Positions 56,667-64,000 of a DNA stretch of 64,000 bases are shown piece after piece. Positions within the stretch are counted from its first letter, which is position 1, and each line of letters opens with the position of its first letter. The notes beneath the pieces were generated by a model that searched no databases, was not told where the DNA came from, and saw only the letters and a list, made by a program, of their open reading frames with translations. Both the position numbers and the translations under genes were made by a program. Source of the stretch: an uncultured Clostridium sp. (lineage in GTDB: Bacteria > Bacillota > Clostridia > TANB77 > CAG-508); assembly GCA_945946655.1 (NCBI GenBank), contig CAMEWM010000001.1, positions 4,365 to 68,364 on the forward strand, given 5' to 3'.

Positions 56667-56948
56667 ATGAATTTAAATAAATGTGAACGTTGCGGATGTT
56701 TTTTTGCATCAAAAAACTCAGTATGTCCTAATTGCGAATCTAAAGATGAAAATGATATTACTCAACTAAAAAACTTTTTAAGCGAAGCCGACACTTCTGT
56801 TACAGTTGAATCTTTAGCTTTCTCTACAGGAGTTTCTTTAAAAAATGTAAATAGATTTCTAAAAGATAAGGACCTATATACGACTCTTACAAATTTAGGT
56901 CTTAATTCTCAAGACAATATAAATAGCAATACAAAAATTTCTTTGTAA
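56667..56948 (+). CDS. Small zinc-ribbon protein (YvyF/TIGR03826-like by architecture)
   Basis: GGAGG RBS. CERCGCFF...CPNCES zinc ribbon followed by a helical domain. Confidence 0.55.
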   Translation: MNLNKCERCGCFFASKNSVCPNCESKDENDITQLKNFLSEADTSVTVESLAFSTGVSLKNVNRFLKDKDLYTTLTNLGLNSQDNINSNTKISL

Positions 56949-56961
56949 ACATATAAAAAAT

Positions 56962-56997
56962 AAAATGATTCTTGTTTTAAGAGTCATTTTATTTTTA
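56962..56997 (+). terminator. Rho-independent (bidirectional) terminator
   Basis: Stem AAAATGATTCTT/AAGAGTCATTTT (one mismatch), then ATTTTTAT. An A-run lies upstream. Confidence 0.55.
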
Positions 56998-57004
56998 TCT
57001 TATT

Positions 57005-58306
57005 TTATTTAATTATCTCTAATATATCTGGAATTTTATCCACTTTTTGTTCGCCTATTTGGTATACTTTTCGTAGTTGTTCAACAGCTTCATTACATTT
57101 TTCTTCGTCATTAGCATATACATATGCTAATGTTTCACTTTTAATTATGCTATCCCCAACTTTTTTTACTAACTCTATACCAACTGCATAATCTATATTG
57201 TCTTCTTTTCTTATTCTTCCGGCACCTAAGTGCATTGCAATTTTTCCTACTTCTTCTGCATTTAATTTCTCTATATATCCACTTTGTTTAGATATCACAG
57301 GAATTTTATATTTTGCTTTTTCAAATTTTTCTGGATCTTCTATATAAGATATATCTCCACCTTGATTTTTTACTAACTCTAAGAACTTTTCGTATGCGCT
57401 TCCATTATTAATTACAGCTTGTATTAATTTCTTATTTTCCTCAATATTTTCGCCTTTGCCATCTAATTTTAATATATATGCTCCTAATTCTAGAACAACA
57501 TTTTTTACATCTTCTTGCATATTTCCATGTAACGCCTCTATCGCTTCAATTACCTCTAAAGTATTTCCTACCATTTTTCCTAAAGGCTGATCCATATTGG
57601 TTACAATGCACACAGTTTCTTTTTTAGCTAGCTTTCCAATATTTATCATTGTTTCAGATAGCTCTTCCGCTTCTTTTATGTCTTTCATAAAAGCCCCACT
57701 TCCACAGGTTACATCTAAAACTACTTTATTTGCTCCTGCAGCAATTTTTTTGCTCATTATACTAGAGCTTATCAATGGTATGTTTGCAGTACAATTTATC
57801 GTATCTCTTAGAGCATAAAGTTTTTTATCTGCTGGTGCTAAATTTAATGTTTGCCCAATTAAACTTATTCCTATTTTATTCACATTATTTATGAATTCTT
57901 CTATATCAATTTCTGTTTTATAGCCTGGTATTGCCTCTAATTTGTCTTTAGTTCCACCTGTGAAACCAAGTCCTCTTCCAGACATCTTCGCAACTTTTAC
58001 TCCTAAAGAAGCTACTATTGGCATCAAAATTAATGTGATTTTATCTCCAATTCCACCAGTGCTATGTTTATCTACTACATTGCCAACAGATGATAAATCT
58101 AGTACATCACCTGAATATGCCATTGCAAGAGTTAAGTTTGTTGTCTCTTCTATAGACATTCCATTTATATATATAGCCATAACTAATGCAGCCGCTTGAT
58201 AATCAGCAATATTCCCTGCTGTATATTCTTTAACAAAATATTCTATTTCCTCTTTTGTTAATTCTTTTTTGTCTCTTTTCTTACCTATTATCTCTAATAT
58301 ATCCAT
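57005..58306 (-). CDS. pdp: Pyrimidine-nucleoside (thymidine) phosphorylase
   Basis: 433 aa. DKHSTGGIGDKITL phosphate-binding motif and a typical N-terminal alpha domain. Confidence 0.9.
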   Translation of the reverse strand: MDILEIIGKKRDKKELTKEEIEYFVKEYTAGNIADYQAAALVMAIYINGMSIEETTNLTLAMAYSGDVLDLSSVGNVVDKHSTGGIGDKITLILMPIVASLGVKVAKMSGRGLGFTGGTKDKLEAIPGYKTEIDIEEFINNVNKIGISLIGQTLNLAPADKKLYALRDTINCTANIPLISSSIMSKKIAAGANKVVLDVTCGSGAFMKDIKEAEELSETMINIGKLAKKETVCIVTNMDQPLGKMVGNTLEVIEAIEALHGNMQEDVKNVVLELGAYILKLDGKGENIEENKKLIQAVINNGSAYEKFLELVKNQGGDISYIEDPEKFEKAKYKIPVISKQSGYIEKLNAEEVGKIAMHLGAGRIRKEDNIDYAVGIELVKKVGDSIIKSETLAYVYANDEEKCNEAVEQLRKVYQIGEQKVDKIPDILEIIK

Positions 58307-58343
58307 TTATTATCATTCTCCTTGACAAAATTTTCAATCATAA

Positions 58344-58973
58344 TTATTTAATAATATTTTTCACAAAAGACAATCTATGTAATGGGCATAATCCGTATTC
58401 TTTAATTGCTGATATGTGTTCTGCTGTTCCATAACCTTTATGCTTTGCAAATCCATACTGAGGATATACTTCATCCCATTGTCTCATTATTCTATCCCTT
58501 GTAACTTTAGCTATTATTGATGCTGCTGATATTGAATAACATTTTGCATCACCCTTTACAATAGATCTATATGCAATTCCATCTGTATCTATTTTAGTTA
58601 ATGCATCTACTATTATTAAATCAGGTCTGACTGATAGCTCCTTTATAGCCATTGTTAAACCTTCTTTAGTTGCATTCAATATATTAATTCTATCTATTTC
58701 TTTTTGGTCTATTATTCCAACACCATAAGCAATTGCCTCATTTGTTATAATCTCATATAATTCTTCTCTCTTTTTTTCAGATACTTTTTTAGAGTCATTT
58801 ACTCCTTCTATCATTGAGTATCTTGGCATAATTGCTGCCGCTACTACTACCGGTCCTGCTAAAGGGCCTCTTCCTGCTTCATCGATTCCACATATACATT
58901 TAGTTCCGGAATTATATATTTCTTCTTCTATTTGTTTTAATGCAATTAATCTTTGTTCTTCTTTTTCTTTCAT
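58344..58973 (-). CDS. rnhB: Ribonuclease HII
   Basis: CGIDEAGRGPLAGPVV active-site motif, DSKK, 209 aa. Confidence 0.9.
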   Translation of the reverse strand: MKEKEEQRLIALKQIEEEIYNSGTKCICGIDEAGRGPLAGPVVVAAAIMPRYSMIEGVNDSKKVSEKKREELYEIITNEAIAYGVGIIDQKEIDRINILNATKEGLTMAIKELSVRPDLIIVDALTKIDTDGIAYRSIVKGDAKCYSISAASIIAKVTRDRIMRQWDEVYPQYGFAKHKGYGTAEHISAIKEYGLCPLHRLSFVKNIIK

Positions 58974-58988
58974 TTTTCTTCTCTTTTC

Positions 58989-59504
58989 TTATTCTTCTAT
59001 ATTTGTTTCATTTACCACTATATTTGCCTCATCATTTGTTTTCGCTATTATATCTGATAATTTATATAAAATTTCTTTCTCAGAATATTTGCATCCTTTT
59101 GATACTATAACTTCATATGTTTCATAATTAATTATAAAATAACTATCTTGATAATTCGTAATCTCTAGTCCTGCTGTAGCAAGATTTTCATCTTTTAATA
59201 CGTAATATTTTTCATATTCTGATTCTGATAAAATATTATTACTAAGGAATTCTTGCAATATTGAATCATTTCTCATTTCACTTAGTTTAGTTCCTAAGTA
59301 TTGTTTTTCTTCTCCTTTTACTGTTTGCTTATCAATATAGTCTTTTATCTTCCATTGTACTTGTAACATATCTGTCTTTATTGTCTCAATTCTTGCTTCA
59401 TGATATTGTATTCTAACAAAATAAACTATTGTTGCGACTATTAATATTATAAACAGTATCATTACTATTAATTGTATCATCCCCATACCTTTATTTCTTT
59501 TCAT
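58989..59504 (-). CDS. Hypothetical N-terminally anchored protein (171 aa)
   Basis: Single N-terminal TM. No motif recognised. Confidence 0.5.
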   Translation of the reverse strand: MKRNKGMGMIQLIVMILFIILIVATIVYFVRIQYHEARIETIKTDMLQVQWKIKDYIDKQTVKGEEKQYLGTKLSEMRNDSILQEFLSNNILSESEYEKYYVLKDENLATAGLEITNYQDSYFIINYETYEVIVSKGCKYSEKEILYKLSDIIAKTNDEANIVVNETNIEE

Positions 59505-59507
59505 ATT

Positions 59508-60335
59508 TTACTCCTCAATCATTTTTAATAATTCTATTTCGTATTTTTGATCTTCTCTTGAAGCATAATCTTCCTCTGATACCTCTGTAATTATATTTGT
59601 ATTAGTCAAATTATAATCTTCTAATATTTTATAATCTTTTAATAAGTCTTGTAAAGAGTCATGTTTTCTTCCATGTGTAATTTTATTAATAAATCCATCA
59701 TTGTTTTTTGTGTCTGCAAAATGTATTTGATAGATATATTTTTCTGCCAATGTTTTATCTAGATATTCATTTAGAAACATATTAAAATCTAACTTAAATA
59801 TATTAGCCATGCAATGCAAATGACATATGTCTAAACATACCTTTAGATGTTCACTATTTATCCTTTTACATATTTCTAATACCGTGCATGCATGATTATG
59901 TTCTGTAATAGAAAATAAATTTTCTATTAGTAGAATAACATTTGTATTTTGTAGCATTTGTACTAGCTCTTTTATTTTCCCTATAACTCCTTGTTCCATC
60001 ATTTCTATAGGCCATGTCACATGATATAACAAATTAATTTTTATATTATATTTATTAGATAAGTTTATTGCGTCTATTATTTTAGATTTGATCAACTCTA
60101 TATCCTTTAGGGCCACCAATTCTATATCATAATTTTCTAATGGTGGATGAATTGTAACTTCTTTTAAATTTGGCATTGTTTGCATTAAATATTCTATTGC
60201 TGACACAATATTATAATTTCCCCATATAGCATCGTTATGAAAAAATTGTAGTTCTATTCCATTACTTTGCTCAACATATTCTTTTAATGATTCTAATCCT
60301 TTTAAACGTTCATCAACTTTTGGATATATTTTCAT
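59508..60335 (-). CDS. Xylose-isomerase-like TIM-barrel protein (sugar phosphate isomerase/epimerase or AP-endonuclease-2 family)
   Basis: Alternating beta/alpha pattern with LLIENL and CLDICH motifs typical of the family. Confidence 0.55.
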   Translation of the reverse strand: MKIYPKVDERLKGLESLKEYVEQSNGIELQFFHNDAIWGNYNIVSAIEYLMQTMPNLKEVTIHPPLENYDIELVALKDIELIKSKIIDAINLSNKYNIKINLLYHVTWPIEMMEQGVIGKIKELVQMLQNTNVILLIENLFSITEHNHACTVLEICKRINSEHLKVCLDICHLHCMANIFKLDFNMFLNEYLDKTLAEKYIYQIHFADTKNNDGFINKITHGRKHDSLQDLLKDYKILEDYNLTNTNIITEVSEEDYASREDQKYEIELLKMIEE

Positions 60336-60409
60336 TTATCTTACCTCTTTTTATTTATATTTCTTTCTTATTGTACATTAAGATATTTTATTTTTCAACA
60401 ATATAAGAC

Positions 60410-60447
60410 AAAATAAATCGATCGTCACATTATCTCGTGACAATCGA
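60410..60447 (-). terminator. Rho-independent terminator downstream of htrA
   Basis: Stem TCGATCGTCAC/GTGACAATCGA (one mismatch), then TTTATTT on the minus strand. Confidence 0.55.
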
Positions 60448-60575
60448 TCCGAAAATAAAAGGGGATGTTTTTGTTTTTTAGTTAGTAATGGAGTAACTAT
60501 TGATTACTAACTATGGTTATATATTACCAATGCTTTTTGTCCATCTTGTGAACTAAATGTAACTAATTGGTATTT

Positions 60576-61832
60576 TTATTGTTCTTGTAACGTTATCGTT
60601 ATATCCTTTTCATGTCCATTTCTGTTTATTGTTACCGTCATTGAATCTCCTATATTATGTGTATTTTTTATTTCATTTAACTCATTCATTGTTTTAATTT
60701 CTTTTCCATCTGCTTTAATTATGACATCACCAGCTTTAATGCCTGCTTTTTCTGCTGCAGAATATTCCTCTACACTTACGACATATATACCTTCAACTAA
60801 ATTATTTCTACTTGCGGTAATTTTATCTAAATCTCTTCCAGAAATTCCAATATATGGTCTCTTTACTTTATTATATTGGATTAATTGTTCGAATATTGGC
60901 TTTGCAGAATTAATTGGAATTGCAAATCCCATGCCTTCAACACCAGTTGCAGATACCTTTAATGTATTTATACCAATTACTTGGCCTTGACTGTTGACTA
61001 ATGCTCCACCACTATTTCCTGAATTTATAGCTGCATCAGTTTGTATTAGTTTATATGTTTTTCCATCAGAATCTGTTACTTCTCTATTTAGAGCACTAAT
61101 CAATCCTCCAGTTACAGAGCTTTGCATTCCAAGAGGATTTCCTATAGCCATAGAAAATTCTCCTACTTGTACAGTATCAGAATCACCAAGTTCAGCTGCT
61201 GGCAATCCAGTTTTATCAATTTTTATTACTGCTAAATCTGTTTCCGCATCAGTTCCAACTACAGTTGCAGAATATTCTGTTGTATCATTATACAAATAAA
61301 CTGTTACTTTGTTTGCTGATCCAATTTCATAATATGATGATGATGACGTTGAGTTTATAACATGATTATTTGTTAATATATATCCATCCTCACTAATTAT
61401 AATTCCTGACCCCTCAGCTGATGCAGTTCCTTGTTGCATCATGAATATGGAATTAACGGTGTATTCTACTTTTATACCAACAATTGATGGTTGTACTTTT
61501 TGTGCAACAGCAATTCCCGTACTAGAATACTCTTCAAGTGATATTTGTGTTGTATTTATTTGTCCACTCGAAGCACTTGTTGATATAGTACTTTTATTAG
61601 TATCTACATTTAATAAATTGTTTCTGATACTAGGTACTCCAAAGCAAGTACCTAATACTAAACCTGCACCTAGCACGCCACTCAAGAATGGTACTGCAAC
61701 AGTTTTTCCAAAACCTGCCTTAGACTTTTTTTCCTTTTGCTTCTTTTCACTAGGATTAACAGCTTTAAATTCCTTACCAGATTTATCTATTACTGTATCT
61801 GGAGCTTTTACATTATCTTTATTCTCTTCCAT
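60576..61832 (-). CDS. htrA: HtrA/DegP-family trypsin-like serine protease with PDZ domain
   Basis: N-terminal TM. Catalytic H (TNNHV), D (TDLAVIK) and S (GNSGGALVN). C-terminal PDZ domain. Confidence 0.88.
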   Translation of the reverse strand: MEENKDNVKAPDTVIDKSGKEFKAVNPSEKKQKEKKSKAGFGKTVAVPFLSGVLGAGLVLGTCFGVPSIRNNLLNVDTNKSTISTSASSGQINTTQISLEEYSSTGIAVAQKVQPSIVGIKVEYTVNSIFMMQQGTASAEGSGIIISEDGYILTNNHVINSTSSSSYYEIGSANKVTVYLYNDTTEYSATVVGTDAETDLAVIKIDKTGLPAAELGDSDTVQVGEFSMAIGNPLGMQSSVTGGLISALNREVTDSDGKTYKLIQTDAAINSGNSGGALVNSQGQVIGINTLKVSATGVEGMGFAIPINSAKPIFEQLIQYNKVKRPYIGISGRDLDKITASRNNLVEGIYVVSVEEYSAAEKAGIKAGDVIIKADGKEIKTMNELNEIKNTHNIGDSMTVTINRNGHEKDITITLQEQ

Positions 61833-62002
61833 TTTTTCCTCCTATGAAACCAATCATTTGGTTCTTTTTAATTTATATATAGCATTTACCTAATAATGGT
61901 TTGCTTAAATATACTTATTAATTTTTCTTTATTCATTCTAACCTAATTCATTCTAATAATACAATACCTTTGTGAAAAATGTGTGAAAAAAAAGAAAAAA
62001 AA

Positions 62003-62181
62003 TTGTTACAGTTCAAAGAATATAATTCTTGATTTTAGCGAAAATAGTTCATATTTTATAAAATTTCGCAATCTCATATCGAGCGCACGCAGCTCATGTG
62101 GCGACACGATATTTCGGCTCATTTTATAAAATATGAACTATTTTCGCTATATAATAAAAATTTTGCTTTGAATCGTAACAA
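62003..62181. repeat. 179-bp nested inverted repeat (perfect 29-bp inner arms, 16-bp outer arms) between the M23 peptidase gene and htrA
   Basis: Inner arms TAGCGAAAATAGTTCATATTTTATAAAAT (62036-62064) and its exact reverse complement (62121-62149). Outer arms 62003-62018 and 62166-62181 (2 mismatches). The GC-richer 56-nt centre has an ATATCG/CGATAT sub-stem. Confidence 0.85.
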
Positions 62182-62182
62182 T

Positions 62183-63217
62183 TTATTTATAAATATACAA
62201 TTGTGGATCTATTTTATTTCCATTTAATCTTATCTCTAAATGTAAGTGGTTACCTGTAGAATTACCCGTTGAGCCAACAGCTGCAATAACATCTCCTGCT
62301 GCAACCACGTCTCCAACTGATGCATACAATTTACTACAGTGTCCATAATAAGTCTGAACTCCATTTGCATGGTCTATGATAATTAAATATCCATATCCAC
62401 TCATCCATCCTGAATATGATACTGTACCTTCTGCTGCAGCTTTTATATTAGTTCCATAAGGCGCTGCTATGTCTAGACCTCCATGAGCATGGTTTCTTAC
62501 ACTAGTTTCTACAGCTCCATATCTGGAAGTAATATTACCAGTAACTGGCTTAACACTAAAAAATACTCCATTAAATGTAGCTTCTGCTATTCTTTCTTGT
62601 TCGCTTTTTATATTTCTTAAGTCTGAGTTTATGCTTGCTCTTGCTACTTCTAAAGTTTCTGTTCCAACACTATCAAAGTCTTTAGTATATTGTTCTTCTA
62701 TTGATATTGTAGCAACATTATCAGAATATTCATTTTTCATATCTTGAATAATATTTTCTGCTTCATCCAAAGTATTTACATATGATTCTATCTCTCCATT
62801 TATTGCAATTGCATAAACTTTATACATTGTAGTTGTATTTTCTGATAAAATCTGTGCTATTTTTTTCTCATCATCTGCTAATACATTTGATAATTTTAAT
62901 TCATATGTTGGTTCTACATTTAACTCTGTGAATATAGCACACGGATTATCCGAAGTTAATACTTCTTTGTTTATTATATCTTCCATTACTGTTTTACTTT
63001 TTACATAGCCTATTACTTCGTCGTTTAATTTTACAGCATATACAGGATTATATTTTATAAATGCTATTGTTATTATTATAAAAAAGGCTACTGTAATAAT
63101 TGTTAATAATTTAAAGATTTCTTTTGTGCAGTATTTTAATCTATGGTATAAAATAATTTCACGCTCCTTTTTTACTGCGACATCTTTTATTATACCATAT
63201 ATTTTATACAAATGCAA
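62183..63217 (-). CDS. M23-family (LytM-type) metallopeptidase, membrane anchored
   Basis: HGGLDIAAP ... GNSTGNHLHLEIRLNG (HxxxD and HxH motifs). N-terminal TM. Confidence 0.85.
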   Translation of the reverse strand: MHLYKIYGIIKDVAVKKEREIILYHRLKYCTKEIFKLLTIITVAFFIIITIAFIKYNPVYAVKLNDEVIGYVKSKTVMEDIINKEVLTSDNPCAIFTELNVEPTYELKLSNVLADDEKKIAQILSENTTTMYKVYAIAINGEIESYVNTLDEAENIIQDMKNEYSDNVATISIEEQYTKDFDSVGTETLEVARASINSDLRNIKSEQERIAEATFNGVFFSVKPVTGNITSRYGAVETSVRNHAHGGLDIAAPYGTNIKAAAEGTVSYSGWMSGYGYLIIIDHANGVQTYYGHCSKLYASVGDVVAAGDVIAAVGSTGNSTGNHLHLEIRLNGNKIDPQLYIYK

Positions 63218-63222
63218 ATTTT

Positions 63223-64000
63223 TTATGCATTTCCATTTTTAGCATATACAATTTTTCCGAATTTATAGCCATTTACAGCCTTTTGTAATTCCATTATTGG
63301 AATTGGCGTTATTGCTATTAAAATTGTATATATCCACTGTATTCCATTTAGTTGTACTAGATTGAATATTTCTGCTAATGGTTTTATAAGCACTACTCCC
63401 ACTTGTAATATTACTCCCAATATCAATGCACCAACTAAATATTTATTTTCAAAAATGCCCACTTTGAATATACTTTCTTCACTTTTTACGTTAAAGCTGT
63501 GTACTAATTCTAACATTCCTAATGACAAGAAGGCCATTGTTCTTCCAACTTCTATTGAATATAGTTTATTGCCTATACTAAAAGCTAGCAAAGTGAACAT
63601 TCCAAGCATACATCCTTCTATTATAATTTTCCACCATAAGCCATCTGAAAATAGACTTTTTTTAGGACTTCTCGGTAGCCTATTCATTATGTTTTCCTCT
63701 TCTTTTTCAAGTCCTAATGCTATTGCTGGAAGAGAGTCTGTTACTAAATTAATCCATAGTAATTGTATTGCAAGCAATGGAGATTTTATTCCTAATATAA
63801 GTCCAACAAATATTGTTACTATTTCCCCAATATTTGTCGCTATCAGGAAGTGAACCGCTTTCTTTATATTATCATATATGTTTCTTCCTTGTTTAACTGC
63901 TTCGACTATAGTAACAAAATTATCATCTGTTAAGATCATATCTGATGCATTTTTTGCTACATCAGTTCCACCTTTTCCCATCGCAATTCCTATGTCCGCA
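63223..64000 (-). CDS. P-type (Ca2+/cation-transporting, type II) ATPase, C-terminal fragment; N-terminus lies beyond the window end
   Basis: The reading frame is open to the window edge: ADIGIAMGKGGTDVAKNASDMILTDDNF (hinge motif) followed by TM7-TM10-like segments. Confidence 0.88.
   Translation of the reverse strand, partial: ADIGIAMGKGGTDVAKNASDMILTDDNFVTIVEAVKQGRNIYDNIKKAVHFLIATNIGEIVTIFVGLILGIKSPLLAIQLLWINLVTDSLPAIALGLEKEEENIMNRLPRSPKKSLFSDGLWWKIIIEGCMLGMFTLLAFSIGNKLYSIEVGRTMAFLSLGMLELVHSFNVKSEESIFKVGIFENKYLVGALILGVILQVGVVLIKPLAEIFNLVQLNGIQWIYTILIAITPIPIMELQKAVNGYKFGKIVYAKNGNA

Overview
Very AT-rich segment (about 25-30% GC by eye) from a Firmicutes/Clostridia-like chromosome, with almost all genes on the minus strand. 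Positions 1-35.2 kb form an accessory defence and mobile island. It holds a DUF262 (GmrSD-like) gene coupled to a complete Type I R-M operon (hsdM-hsdS-hsdR) behind a small XRE-type HTH gene. Next come an integrase/excisionase/repressor module of a small integrative element and an orphan 3' half of an initiator tRNA-Met with its own terminator (an att scar). A ~22.1 kb element follows, bounded by perfect 25-bp direct repeats (13090-13114 and 35184-35208). That element carries a second tyrosine integrase, a replication module (replisome organizer and DnaC-like loader), five ~70-bp iterons, and a DUF4143 ATPase. It also carries a tightly coupled six-ORF operon: SNF2 helicase, DUF4391, frameshifted Type III Mod, an orphan tail-anchored ORF, and Type III Res. 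Several orphan gene pairs encoding membrane proteins sit in the same element. The candidates for an undescribed system are the SNF2/DUF4391-expanded Type III-like operon, the 209-aa + 859-aa membrane pair, the 315-aa + 4-TM pair, and the Zn-ribbon + PD-(D/E)xK pair. Positions 35.2-64 kb are mostly core genes: YHYH/Big_2 surface protein, a NUDIX/HD/GNAT/methyltransferase cluster, FprA, HU, a MOP flippase, rluB, rluD, lspA, tsf, rpsB, pdp, rnhB, htrA, an M23 peptidase and a P-type ATPase fragment. This part is interrupted by a ~2 kb GC-richer patch (MBL-fold ComEC-like + DUF3006 + membrane protein) and by a T4CP-like ATPase + replication-relaxation-like pair. A 179-bp nested inverted repeat lies upstream of htrA. 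Four single-nucleotide frame disruptions were found by hand (Type III mod, a PD-(D/E)xK gene, a core S1-domain gene, a small ORF). They may be biological (phase variation or decay) or assembly errors. No rRNA, intact tRNA or CRISPR array was seen. All family assignments rest on motifs read from the translations, not on database searches.
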